Below, one piece after another: positions 25,176 through 38,325 of a stretch of 64,000 bases of DNA; position 1 is the first letter of the stretch, and each line of letters starts with the position of its first letter. The notes beneath the pieces are model-generated. The model ran no database searches, was not told where the DNA came from, and saw only the letters and a program-made list of their open reading frames with translations. The position numbers and the translations under genes are program-made. Source of the DNA: Eledone cirrhosa (Eukaryota); the NCBI GenBank assembly GCA_964016885.1, contig OZ024740.1, forward strand, positions 414,718,001 to 414,782,000, in the 5' to 3' direction.

Positions 25176-25285
25176 ACAACCCATCTAATGCATGCAAGCA
25201 TAGAAAAATAGACATTAATGGTAATGATGGTCATTATATATATATGTTTGTGTGTGTGTGGGTGTATATATATATATATATATAA

Positions 25286-25387
<102 letters not shown>

Positions 25388-25463
25388 GATAGATGCATGT
25401 ATATGTTAGTAGTTAATTAAGATATATATTAGCTTGTGCACTTAGTTTGATGATTTACAGTAT

Positions 25464-25512
25464 ATGCCTTCTGATGAAAGCTGAATCAGTCTTGAAAACT
25501 GGTTAAAAGTAT
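25464..25512 (+). ncRNA. Type I hammerhead ribozyme
   Basis: ATGCCTT-CTGATGA-AAG-ctgaatcagt-CTT-GAAA-actggt-TA^AAAGTAT. Confidence 0.72.
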
Positions 25513-25811
25513 TTATCATTGAATTTGCAAGAAAATACATATTTGGCATGTTTACAAGTCTTTGTACTAAAAATGTGTACATTTATAAACATATTTTACA
25601 CAGACTAACTACTTGTATTCTGTATATATACAGATACAACTTCATATGTTTTGGATGCTTAAAACACAAATTATTATACATCTTAATTAACTACCAACAT
25701 CTGTGCTAATAATATGCAAATTAGTACATCCATTTCAGGATACAACTATAAATGATACATTATGTAAGCTTCCTGGTTATATATTTCCTTGTAATTATAT
25801 AGATGATATAC

Positions 25812-25860
25812 ATACTTCCTGGTGAAAACATAATTAGGCTTGAAAATTGGTTAAAGGTAT
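25812..25860 (+). ncRNA. Type I hammerhead ribozyme, core mutated (CTGGTGA)
   Basis: ATACTTC-CTGGTGA-AAACATAATTAGGCTT-GAAA-attggt-TA^AAGGTAT. Confidence 0.55.
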
Positions 25861-25964
25861 CTTTTTCAATTGTCAGAGAAATACGTGTTTGGCATGTTTA
25901 CATATTTATATACTAAAAATGTGTAACTTTTATATACACATTTACGCAGTCTCAATTATTTCTA

Positions 25965-26268
25965 TTAGATGAGAGCAATATTGTCTTCTCCATCTTTCTG
26001 TCACATACTCTCTCTCTAAACAAATGATGTTCCTTTTCTCTCTCTATGTACATCTCTTTCACTTGGCACTCGCCCTCTCTCTATACAGATGAGAGTGAAG
26101 TCATAACTTTCTGTCCATCTACCTCTTTCTGCTACCTCAAAAACACAGTGTTCCCTTTTCCTGCTCTCTCTCTCTATATATATATATATCTCACTTAGGA
26201 CTCCCCCTCTATTTATAAAGTGAGCATGATGGACAGACAGACAGACAGCACTCTTATTATAATATAGA
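25965..26268 (-). mobile_element. Non-autonomous Helitron (304 bp)
   Basis: 5' TCTATATTATAATAAG...(CTGT)n, 3' hairpin plus CTAA (CTRR), inserted between A and T without TSD; the reconstructed empty site matches the neighbouring tandem unit. Confidence 0.8.
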
Positions 26269-26984
26269 TTCTGTATACATAAAGATATAACTTTATCATA
26301 TACTTAGGCTGCTTAGAGCACAAATTAATATATACACATATATATACTATATATGTAAATAGCATATATATATGTATAAAGGCTGACCTATGGAAGAGAT
26401 AGTATAGGATCAAGTCAACTGGTGAATCAGATAAAATTTAAGCAGAGAGGTGTAACATTTTTTTATAGGCCACCATACCTCCTACCTTATCTACCACCTC
26501 ACCTATTCTTCCCTTCCATTCACAAAACCAATTCCTCCTTCCTTACTCAACACATGCCAGCATGAAAAGACAGATGCACCTCTACAGAGTACTGCCAAGA
26601 GTTTCTTGTTCATTCTCTCACTTCATGACAACTCCTGTGACCCAAGACCTACTCCCCCACCCTTGTCCAACCATGCAGGGTACAGAAAAATAGACCTCAT
26701 TCCTATCCCGTATGTGTGCAACCAAACACCACTCACTTTCTTAAATGCTATTTCTCTTTCTCACCACCACCCTCTAGCTTATTGGCCCCTTCCTTGTCCA
26801 AACATTCCAACATGGAGAGACAGATGCACGTCCTGCCACTAATGTACAGTCAGACATCATTGACTCTCTTCTAAGTCATGGTTCTTGCTCACCACTTCCC
26901 TTGGTAAGCAACATGTAGCTATCTCCTCTCCCATCACTGCCTTCCTGGCCTGGCTGAGGGTGAAAAATTGAGTGCTTATGTACT

Positions 26985-27335
26985 GAAAAGTGGTAGTGTT
27001 GGTGCCATGATGAAACACACACAGTTTATCCTGTAAGGTGGTAATGTTGGTGACACAATGAAATACACACAGTTCATCCTGTAAGGTGGTAATGTTGGTG
27101 ACACAATGAAATACACACAGTTCATCCTGTAAGGTGGTAATGTTGGTGACACAATGAAATACACACAGTCCATCCTGTAAGGTGGTAGTGTTGGTGACAC
27201 AATGAAAAGCACCTAACCCGCCTTGTATGGTGGTAGTGCTGGTGCCACAACAAAACTCCACTAGTCCAACCTGTAAAGTGGTAGTGCCGGAGTCATGATA
27301 AAATGCTCCCAAACCATGTTGTAAAGTCGTTGGTG
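26985..27335. repeat. 48-bp minisatellite inside an RTE 3' UTR
   Basis: Unit ggtggtaatgttggtgacacaatgaaatacacacagttcatcctgtaa, about 7 copies, followed by the RTE tail. Confidence 0.9.
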
Positions 27336-27805
27336 GTAGGAAGGGTATCCAGCTGTAAAAACCAAGCCAAAAGCAGAATGTACAAGCAAGATGTAGTTAC
27401 CTGAACAGCTGCCTCAGTACATAATAATCTAACTCATGCAAGCATGAGAAATAAATGTTAAACAGTGATGGTGATGATGATGATATTGCAACGTAATATT
27501 CCTCTTAAATCCCACGGAAACTTTGAGGATTAGTGTTTAGCAGCAGTTTCATGAAGTTAAGTGAATAAAAGATAAACCTTCCCCTGGATAAAATATTGCA
27601 AATATCATACAGAAAATAAAGAGATGTGATACATATTTTTGTCACCTAAATGAATTGGTACACTTTAGAAAAAAAAAACTGTCTGAAACCAACCCTAGCT
27701 TGACGATACAAAACTGCTTGTTATAAAATCATTTATTTATCTAAAAGTCTTCCATCAAAATTCTATATAAGAATCTTTCTTAAGTAATGTGTCAAATACT
27801 ATCTT

Positions 27806-28012
27806 AATAATTGTTTCTGATTTATGCACAAGGCCAGCAATTTTGGGGGAGGGGAATGTCAATTAAATCAACCCCAGTGTATGACTGGTACTTTATTTTA
27901 TCGACCCTGTAAGGATGAAAGGTAAAGCTAACCTCAGCAGAATTTGAACTTAGAATGTAAAGGGCTTTAACTCTATGCTGTGAAGCAGGGTGTCCGATGC
28001 TCTACCGATACT
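27806..28012 (-). mobile_element. tRNA-derived SINE
   Basis: Same family as 30147-30332. Confidence 0.85.
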
Positions 28013-28014
28013 GA

Positions 28015-29592
28015 ATGAGAGCTAAATATCTTAGCAAATTCCTACCGATTGTCATTTAGGAAACTAGGAATAAGGAATGGCTTGTGAGGGCTGTACAGGC
28101 TATGTTCAGAGGGGCAACCAGCAAGTAAGAGAGTTGGCAACGGGTAAAGTGATGAGTTTAGTGGACAGGTGAGTGTCTACCAAGGCTCAATCCTCCCACC
28201 CCCCTCCTGTTCATTATAGTCCTCCAGGCCTTAACAGAGGAATTCAAGACAGGTTGTTTGTAGGAGCTCCTATGTGCTGATGATCTAGCCTCCATAGCTG
28301 GAACTATAGAAGAGCTAAAGAAGTTCTGGACATGAAAGCAAAATCTGAAATCAAAGAGCCTCAAAGTGAATCTAGGTAAACCTAAGATTTTAGTAAGCAG
28401 GAGAGAGGATAAGACTCTGCTACCATCAAAGAAATGGTCATGTTCAATATGTAAAAGAGTAGGTAAGAATTCCATAGTGAACCCAGTGTAGATTGTAGAT
28501 ACACTAGAGATATAGTAGAATTAAAGGTAGGCTGACAGGAAGGATAGACTTCATATGCAGCAAATGTACAAGAATAGTCAACATTCAGATACTCAAGAAA
28601 TATACTCTATCAAATGTTCAAAAGGTTCACTGGAAGTGGTGGAAAGCTTCTGCTATCTCGGTGACTTTGTCAGTAGTAGAGGCTGGTATACCAAAAGTAT
28701 TATAGCCAAAGTAAAAATGGGGTGGATGAAATTCAAGGAGCTGTTACCACTGCTGGCAACAAAAGACTTCTCTCTTAAATTGGAGGGAAGATTATATGAT
28801 GCATGTGTTCAAACTGCAATGCTGCATGACAGTGAGACGTGAGTTTTGAGCACATAAAATTCTGTGGGGCTAAAAAGAAATGAAGAAAGCATGCTTCAAT
28901 GGATGTGTAATGTTAGTGTGCATGAACAACAGAGCAAAGGGAACAGAGAAAACTTGAGAAGAAGAATTGAATGTAGCAGGCAAGAGAAATGATTGTGCTA
29001 GTATGGATATGTGATGCATAAGGAGAATGTGAGCTGAATAAAAAGTTCTGAACACTTAAAATGGATGGAACTTGTGGAAGAGGAAGACCAAGGAAGACAT
29101 GGGACAAAGTTGTGAGGAATGACCTCAAAAAACTGAACCTCATGAAATAAATGATACATGACCAAGCAGACTGGCAATATGCCATAATACAAAAGACCCA
29201 ACTACCATTGCAAGCACTGCATCGCCTAAAAGTAAATGTGACAAAAGACCAGAGGCTATAGTATACAGTAAGTAAAGAGAGAGATTTAGAGGATCTAAGA
29301 AAATTCTGCAGTCTGCCTGATCATGTTGACAACCTCTCTAGTGCTAGTCCCACAATAAAATGCACCCAGTACTCTCTGTAAAGAGGTAACACTGATACCA
29401 CAAAAAGCCCCACCCAGTACATCTTATAAGGTGGTTAGTGTTAGTAAAGGCATCTACCTATAGAAACCATGCAAAATATGGAATGTATGAGCAAGACATG
29501 GTCACTTGAGTGGTCTAGCCTCTGAAAGTGATAACCCATCCAACTCATACCAGTATGAAAATCAACATGTAAACAATGATGTTAATGATGAC
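28015..29592 (+). mobile_element. Decayed RTE LINE (RT half to tail)
   Basis: ELLCADDL, LEVVESFCYLGD, FKELLPLLATK, GRPRKTW; many stops. Confidence 0.88.
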
Positions 29593-29989
29593 AAACTGTG
29601 TCTTTCATTAAATAGTAAAGAAAGAATTAAACATAGATAGTTTCAGCCAACATCAAATCAAAGTTTTGGAAAAGGAGTATAGTTGGTTAAATCAACTTCA
29701 GTACTTGACTGGTACTTCATTTTATCAATCCCAGAATAATGACAGTCAAAGTTGATCTCAGTGAGATTTTAATTCAGGACATAAAGGATTATAATTCAAT
29801 GTCAAAGGACATTTTGAGCCACACATTTACTTTTAATTTACTTTTAATTGTTCATACTGTTTGTGTCATATGATTGTGATCACAACCAAAATAGGTACAT
29901 GTTTTTTTTTCATATCTTCATGAAGAAGGAACCCTTATATGCTAAAAATAACAACCAAATCTCTCTTAAAACCGCTCATATCATTTTAA

Positions 29990-30413
29990 CCCTTTAGCAT
30001 TTAAACCGGCCGTATCAGGCCAGAATTCTCTCACCTCTTTCTGTTTAAATCAGTATGAAATGGCTGCTCATACTGACATTAAGGTACTGTTCTCAGAATA
30101 AATAACATGAAAATCTCGTAGATTTGATATTATGTGAGATAATAATTGTTTCTACTTTAGGCACAAGGCCAGCAAATACCCAGTGCATTACTGGTACTTT
30201 ATTTTATCGACCCCGTAAGGATGAAAGGCAAAGTTAACCTCGGCAGGATTTGAACTCAGATCGTAAAGGGACGTAACTATGCTGGAAAGCATGGCGTCCG
30301 ACTCTCTACCGATACTGCCAATCCACCACCCGTTATGTGAGATAATAATGTAAGATAAAGCCTTTACCACAAAAATACAATAGCATATATAGAGTAATGT
30401 AAATGCTAAAGGG
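29990..30413 (-). mobile_element. piggyBac-type MITE containing a SINE
   Basis: TTAA|CCCTTTAGCATT...AATGCTAAAGGG; opposite orientation to the 11260 copy. Confidence 0.85.
30147..30332 (-). mobile_element. Full-length young tRNA-derived SINE with TSD
   Basis: A box TGGCAGTATCGG, B box GAGTTCAAATCC; TSD ttatgtgagataataat at 30130-30146 and 30333-30349. Confidence 0.93.
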
Positions 30414-32055
30414 GTAAATAAGGAAAATCATAGTGAATAATGCTGACCTAGATAAACTGTGTCTGCAAAAATATATATAAAACAATAGCTGAAACAACTT
30501 TGAACATAACTGTGCTGAATCAGCATTAACCTGGAGCTGTACAACAAATTCACCAATACTACTACCACTCTAACCTCTATAATTATAACAAAACTAAATA
30601 TTTAACCAGCACTAATAAAGTCAGCAATGGAGCAGCTATGCAGTTGCTCAACCCACAAGAACTGCTAGCTGAACTTCCATAAAAAAAAAATCACAGCTTA
30701 GCATCTACCTTTTTGTTACTGTATTACTAATGAGATACACAATGTGATTCAATGAATTTGGACAAGTTGAAGACTGTAATGAAATAAATCTTTTCATTAG
30801 TAAGCTGGTGTTTGAAACATTACTTAACAACAGTGTCTTAAATAAAATGTTTATGGAAGGTTTCAATATAAGTATAAACATTTTTAAAAAAGCAGTTGTA
30901 CATTATAAAACCAGGGAAATTTCAGGGGGTTGGTGTCAAAAGGGTTTAAAAAAGAAAGGCCCAACTGAAAAATCTAATCCAAGTTATACTTTGTTTGAAA
31001 TAGAGAATAGAATAATGGTCAAACCTAAAACACCTTTAATCAGAGGTTTGTTTGATCAAGACTGACTTGGGGCTAAACAACAATTTAAAATAAGCCCCCC
31101 CCCCCCCCCCCCCCCCCACTGCAATCCCAAAGAGATTATCAACTTTAATATAAATAAAATCATGGCTTAACAAAACAGATAAATAGGTCAGTTCTTTTAT
31201 TCATTTATTTATTTTGTAGCTTTGCAATAACAAAGAACATCAAGGATTAAATTTGTCAGTCTTGTTTCAGTCCTGAATAATAGATCTCATTATTTAAGAG
31301 TCAGGGTGAATTATAGAGATAGTATGAATATCACATATCACAGAACACATAAGGTATATAAATAAGGTATTTTGTGGGTATTGCATTATTAATAAAATAT
31401 TTAAAATCTTAAGTGGCAACCTTTGTGAATCATAACATTTTGTATCTAATTCTCCATTCAATGGATTAACCTTGACAAACAATGAAGGACAAACCTACAG
31501 CCATCTACACTACAGAGATTAAAGCTGATTGCAAACACACTGCAATCACTGCTGCACCAACAAACTGTGATCTTGCCCTCTGACTCTCTTCTGATGCTAA
31601 TATAACAGCCTCTACTTCTCTGAACGTGCTAAATATATGACAAGGATATACTACATACATATCACAATAGCAATGAGGATAGTGTCACAGACACACACAA
31701 ATATAACAGCATAAAACACAAACGAGGGGACGGGGCTATTCGTGGTTGCTCAACTTGCTAGAAATAACAGCCACATCATACACTATTATCATGAATGGAT
31801 AATGTATCCCTCAATACACACTGACTAAAGCACAGGTGCATTAGCAGGACATCTTCACATTCAGAATTAAACATACACTCAAAAATATTTTTATCGTGCC
31901 TTCTAATTGTAATATAATTTCTACAACTTTGAATTGCTGGAAAAAGGGCCATTTTTCTATGCTGGAATGAGTTAAACAAGACTTTGAGACAGAATCCTTG
32001 AGTTGGCTACCCAACTTCCCAATATTTTGTTCTGTCTTAAGTATAGTGTATTTAA

Positions 32056-32269
32056 CCCTTTACATTACTCTGTATTTACTATGGTATTTTTACGCTAAAG
32101 GCTTTATCTCATATATTATCCCACATAATATCAAAGCTACAAGATCTTGATGTTATTTATTTTGAGAACAATAACTTAAAAATCGGTATGAGTGGCAAGT
32201 TACAGCCAGTTTGAACAGAAAGAGGTGAGAGAATTCTAGCTGGATACGGCCGATTTAAATGCTAAAGGG
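32056..32269 (+). mobile_element. piggyBac-type MITE copy
   Basis: TTAA flanks and CCCTTTA/TAAAGGG termini. Confidence 0.88.
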
Positions 32270-32878
32270 TTAAGACATTACCCAATACCCTTACTTTTTT
32301 TTAAAGTCAACATAATATGACTTGATCAAGATTTGGTTTCTAGTTCTAGCAGAATGAGTGAGTACATAGTGATTTCTTCATGGTCTCAATACAAGAAAAA
32401 TGATTCCAACAGGGAATAGGAACTTGGTAGCAAGTTTGATTCAGTTATAACTAATGACAATAGTGATTTTTAACATAGGCACAAGACCTCACATTTAGGA
32501 GAGATATAATCAGTATTTTACAGGTATGTCATTTTATCAATCTGGCAGAATGAAAGACAAAGTTGACCTTACTAGTTAGTCTTTGAACTACAAAGTATTT
32601 TGTCCTATTCTCTAACAATTCTGCCAAACGACAGATATATAAAAATTTATATCTAATATTAGCACAAGCCCACACATTCAAGGGCAGGGTAGAGTCAACT
32701 AAATCATCCCCAGTACTTGACCAGTTCTTACTTTCTTAGTTAGAGGGAAAAGTAAATTATATTAATCATAGTATTTAACTGGTACTTATTTTATCAATCC
32801 TGGAAGGAAGAAAGGCAAAGTTGACCATGACAAGATTTAAACACAAAGAACCATGCAATATTAGAAAGTCTTTCTATA

Positions 32879-32918
<40 letters not shown>

Positions 32919-33363
32919 AGCATGCACACACATGGAGACATACTTCCAACATTTATCTCATTTACCTATGTTTATATAGTGTAAAAATAGCAACACATCA
33001 TATAAATCAGCAAGTTTATATATAGATTAAGGATATATATTATGGATAAATATAATTAACTTACTATGAAATAATTACACATATTTAATGGTGATTTTTA
33101 TTGTTCTCATGTTATGTGTATATATATTTTTATACTCTGATAATATTGTTAATATCATATTGTTCTTATGCAATAAAATTTGTTTGAAAAATAAACAGAT
33201 AAAATTATTAAATCCCAACAGAATTGAATATGCCTTTAAAGCTTTTTATACCAAACTGCCTGAAACTGCCGCTGGTTCTACAATTCAAACTGCTTATTTG
33301 AAAATGTTTATCCAAAATTCTTCTATCATAATTTTATCTCAGAACATTTGTTAAACTATGTTC

Positions 33364-34290
33364 TCATCATCATGGTTTGGCTTCACGAATGAAGATAATG
33401 AAGGGGGTGGTTTATATTGACTGCTGGCATGCTTGTGGCTGTTCAGGACAATGCAGCACAGGCAGGCATAGCTGTAGAGGCTGCAGCTGAAGGTTTGGTC
33501 ATTCACATTACTCTATATATATTATTATATTTTCATGGTAAATGCTGTACCTCGCATAATTATCTCACATAATAACAAATCTATGAGATTTTGAAAGTAT
33601 TTATTTTGAGAACAATACCTTAACATCAGTATGAGTGGCCAGTTACAGCCAGTTTCAACAGAAAGAGGTAGAGAATTCTGGCCGGTTTTGGCTGGTTTGA
33701 ACACTAAAGGGTTAATGACTTGGTGTTGTGGTTCTTCCTCCTGTGTCTTTTGTCCTTGAGAGTGACCCTGTAGGTGTTTTCAAAGGAGGAGACAGCATGG
33801 TTGATGTTGAGATGCCAGGCATCACAGTTCTCAGCTAGGATGAACCACTGCTGATGGTCAATGTGACAGGCAACAAGGGATTTTTTCAAACAGTCCTTGT
33901 ATCACTTCTTTGGTGCCCCCTGTAGTAATGGCCAGTGGAGAGTTTGCAATACAGCGTAATCCTGGGCAGGCAATGAGCCTTCATTCTGGAGACATGCCTT
34001 GCCCAGTGTAGTTGTGATTGCAGCAGTGTGGCTTTGATGGTGGTGACTTCCACCCATTCAAGAACTCCAACATTGTTGACGAAGTAACTCCAGTGGACGT
34101 TGAGGACGATGACAGCAAGATCCTCAGGTCATAGGTGTCCTTCGCCTAGCCCCTGGCTCAAAAACCTCCTCTCAGAGGCACGCGGGGAGTTACCCAGGCT
34201 GGGGCATGGCTGCTGAATGCTACAAAAGATGTCAGTAGATTCAGGGTCTTGGCACATTGAGCCTTATCACTAAGACTAGTTAACCCATAA
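33364..34290 (-). mobile_element. Internally deleted RTE (second family) with a nested MITE at 33500-33711
   Basis: GC-rich 5' UTR-like segment (34290-34110) joined to the C-terminal ORF (QLHWARHVSRM...KKSLVAC...DQTFSCSL..ACL..IVLNSHK) and (GAT)n tail. Confidence 0.7.
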
Positions 34291-34904
34291 GTGGGACCCT
34301 GACAGGTACTATTGCCCCTGGCCAGAGCAGACCTGGGAGTAATGGTGACTATATACTCCCCAAAACCTCAAAACTCTCGAACTGGAGTCTCACCATCGAC
34401 TGCAGTTAAGTGCCATACCCAACTATGTTCTAAACACCAGTTAAATAATAAGAAAGTTAGATATATTACAAAATATAAGTTAGTTATATTAGAAATCCCT
34501 TCAAATTCTTGATTATTTTCAAAACTATTTGAAAATAATAGGCAGGCTCTTTCATTAAGAATATGGTACTGAAAAGGTTAATCAATTTAGCCAGCTCTGC
34601 CCTTTTATTTCTGGACTTAATCTATACACAACCAAATTGTGTAAAATTGAAGCTCAGCAAGATCATTTAATTAATTCTTGTTCCCCACTGACAACTATAG
34701 GTTTCTATGTACCTTTCAAGGTCAATGTAAATAAAATATGTAAAGCACTATCTACAGCAGCTGATGCAGCAGTAGTAGCAACAAGTATGTAGATGATAGC
34801 AACATAGATTTAGGCTTTGACTTTGAATGCAGAAGATCTAATATTAATGAATAATGGAGCATTGATGAATTGGGAGAAAAACTGGGTATAAGAGGAATCA
34901 TATA

Positions 34905-35180
34905 GTGACACTTTCTCCAGCAGAATTCAGTGCACTTTGTGACAGACCCAGGCTTTGTTGTCCGACAAGCTGAAGATCATATGTTGATGAAACATCAGCC
35001 ACTCTTCAATAGGTTTATCATCAAACCTGTAGTGGTAGCGACTTCTGGTGTTCTTGGTCCCTGGACCACCTCTTTTCTGACAACTATCAGGATGGAGTTG
35101 GCCACCTGCAAGAATGGCTATTTCAATGTGGCTCCCTCGACATCGTCCTGGGCAATGCTGTCTCCATTCAGTCAACTGAA
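34905..35180 (+). mobile_element. Restriction-like-endonuclease retrotransposon fragment (CRE-like)
   Basis: DTF...QAEDH..MKH..L..RFIIKPVVVATSGVLGP.TTSFL..I...WLFQ..SL.IVLGNAVSI pattern. Confidence 0.65.
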
Positions 35181-37117
35181 ACCACAAGGCAGCTTGTGCC
35201 TGGAGTTCTGCACACCAGAGAGCATTCCTCCACATTGTCTGGGTACATATCATTGGAGTGGCAATGTTTGAGTACTTTTTCTCATATTTTCATATTTTAA
35301 ACAATTTTCCCCTTTTACTTATGTCATCGAAACAAAACATGGCTGTGCTAGTATAGACATGTGTTGTGCAAGGAGCACATCAATTTTGTAAAGAAGCCCT
35401 GAGCCCTCAAAATTAATGGGACCTGTGAAGGTGAAATACCTAGGAAGACATGGGACTAAGTAATGAAGATTAACCTCAAAAAGCTAAACACCACAATGGA
35501 GATGACAAAGGACCACAATAATTAATAGAACATAATGCTAAAAAAGACCCATCCACTAGCACAAGCAAGATACCCTAAATGTGCCTATTAAGTGCCTTTC
35601 TCCTACTACTGTCCTATCCTGTATACACCCGTTACCCTCTATCAATCCTCTATGTAATGTCACCATATAGAGAGATGTGGCACTTGTCCTCTCTACACAC
35701 CTTCACTCTCAATATTCTAATAATTTCTCTGTACATTTAACAACTTGACCCAAGTTTTGGTTATAGTTGGAATCACCTTCAGAAGCTGTGTACACTTATC
35801 ACAACCCACAATAAAAGATGTAACTGATAGCTTTATAATCTAATATGGCATTAACAACCATATTTCATACATACACACAAGCATATATATATACATATAT
35901 ACATACATATATGTTTTCACTGCTGACTATCCCTGTGCATCTGCTACATGCCAAGTCTATCTTCCCCCTTAGCCTGCTCGCCATGCCACTACACATTATG
36001 TACCAATAGTTTACATTGAGTTTACTGTTCATTAGCCAAAAGTTGGGAAAGTCTAGGTGAGAAAGTCAGAATCAGGCTTTGGGTTATATGACCAGGGTGA
36101 CTACAGTGTTTATGAATGTAATTAGGTGTTTCATTAAGCTGTGGTATTGGTAATAAAAGAAATTGGAGAAATTGAGGATAACATCAAAATAGTTCACTTT
36201 TATAAGATGAATTTTGACAGCTACTTAGAAACTGTGGAGATTTTTTTTTTTTTTTTCTGGTGCCATCAGTCATATTTTGGCTAAAATTAATAGGTCATTA
36301 TTATGATAAAGTCTGTCATGACACTAGGAGAGCAGAGATTCATTTTGTGTAGGGTATACAAGCTAATGAGGGTTTTGGTTTCAGCTGAGTCATAGACATC
36401 CATGGTAACAGTAAAGGGATCAATGGATTTCTTATCTATAAATTATTATTATATTTGATAAGTGTTTTATGAGCACGTAGAATGATTTCTATTGCATTTT
36501 GATATTGATGATAGTCTTAATGAAATAGAATGAACCAGTCAATATGGGTAGTTAAGTGATCAAAGCAAAGTAATCAGAGATATCAAACTAGAAAAATTTG
36601 CTTCTGTTTTCATCTTGGATAGCCATAACCCACCGAAAACAGCCTCTGGTTCTATGAACACCCCCCCCCCCCCCATTAAAGGGTTTGTATTTAAATTAAA
36701 ACCCTCTAGTGTAATTTTATATAAAAATCTTTTGTTACAAATATCACCTTAAAATTAAAATAAATATTAATTTCAATAAATCACATCAAATGTTTCATTA
36801 CTTAATCAAACTACAGGGTCAGTAGAAATATAGTCATGAAAGAGTTTAAGCCAGTTAATTACCTCTAATGTTCTATTTCTTTAAGGATAAGTTTATTATA
36901 TTCTTTCAAGGATATGTTTGCTTATCAGGCCAATATTAGGTTTTAGAGAGGTTTATCAGTCCAATGGTTGGTTTTGTGATCCATTAATGTCAAAAAAAGT
37001 TCTTTCAAGAAAAAGGGCTTCATTCAATGATCAATATACTTTGACTTTGAATTAATAACCATTCTGAATGACTTACATGCTTCAGACTCTTAACACTTTA
37101 AACACTGATCTTATCTA

Positions 37118-38325
37118 ATAATAATTGTTTCTACTATTGGCACAAGGCCAGCAATTATTCCAGAGTATTACTGGTACTTTATGTTATCGACCCCGTAAGG
37201 ATCAAAGGCAAAGTTAACCTCGGCAGGATTTGAACTCAGACCATAAAGGGGCATAACTCTATACTGGAAAGCATGGCGTCCGACCCTCTACCGATACTGT
37301 CAATCCACCGCCCTAATTATCTAATAGTAATTGTTTCTACGTTTGGCACAAGGCCAGCAATTATCCCAGTGAATTACTGATATTTTATTTTATGACCCTG
37401 TAAGGATGAAAGACAAAGTTAACCTTAGCAGGATTTGAACTCAGAACGTACGAAGCCATAACTCTATGCTGCAAAGTATGGTGTCTGACACTAACGGTAC
37501 AGCCAATCCACCGCTTTGCATCAGACATGACACTCTGAACGGTTTCAAAAATACATTGATTTTATCTAATAATAATTGTTTCTACTTTTGGCACAAGGCC
37601 AGCAATTATCCCAGTGTATTACTGGTACTTTATTTTATCGACCCCGTATGGATAAAAGGCAAAGTTAACCTCAGCGGGATTTGAACTCAGACCACAAAAG
37701 GCCGTAACTCTTTGCTGCAAAGCATGGCGTCCGACCCTCTACCGATACTGCCAATGATTTCACTATAGGCACAAGGCCAGCAATTTTTAAATCGACCCCC
37801 AGTGCATTACTGGTGCTTTATTTTATCGACCCTGTAAGGATAAAAAGTTAACCTTGGTGGGATTAGAACCCAGAAGATAAAGGGCCGTAACTCTATACCA
37901 CAAAGCATGTTGTTGACACTCTACTAATTATTGCCAATCTAGCACCCTTAATAATGGTTTCTGATTTAGGCACAAGGCCAACAATTTTGGTGGAGGGGAA
38001 AGTCAATTACATTGACCCCAGCATATGACTAGTACTTTATTTTATCAATTCCAGAAGGATGAAAGGTAAAGAACTCAGAATGTTATGGGCTGAAACTAAA
38101 TGCTGCAAAACATATTGCCTGACGCACTAATGATTCGGTCAATCCCCTGAGAAGGAATGGAACAGTCAATTACATTCATCCAATATTTGAATGATATATT
38201 TATGGAGACTGAAAAGATAAAAAGCCAAATTGACATTAGCAGGATTTGAACTAAGAACATAAAGAGCTGGAACAAATGCTACAAAACATGTTGTCCAATG
38301 CTCAATCCGATTCTATCAAACCAGA
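37118..38325 (-). mobile_element. Head-to-tail cluster of about six tRNA-derived SINEs
   Basis: ggcacaaggccagcaa...gaccc..taagga...ggatttgaactcaga recurs about every 190-240 bp. Confidence 0.92.

Larger units (their letters stand above)
25395..26340 (+). mobile_element. Tandem 348-nt hammerhead units (retrozyme/Penelope-LTR-like) with a short inverted 5' piece
   Basis: Hammerhead cores at 25471 and 25819; unit sequence repeats; 25395-25445 is an inverted copy of about 25660-25706; unit 2 is split by a Helitron. Confidence 0.8.

Noticed and set aside
31495-31628. Open minus-strand frame between ag and gt (HVQRSRGCYISIRR...)
   Set aside because: No protein recognition; weak donor; may be chance
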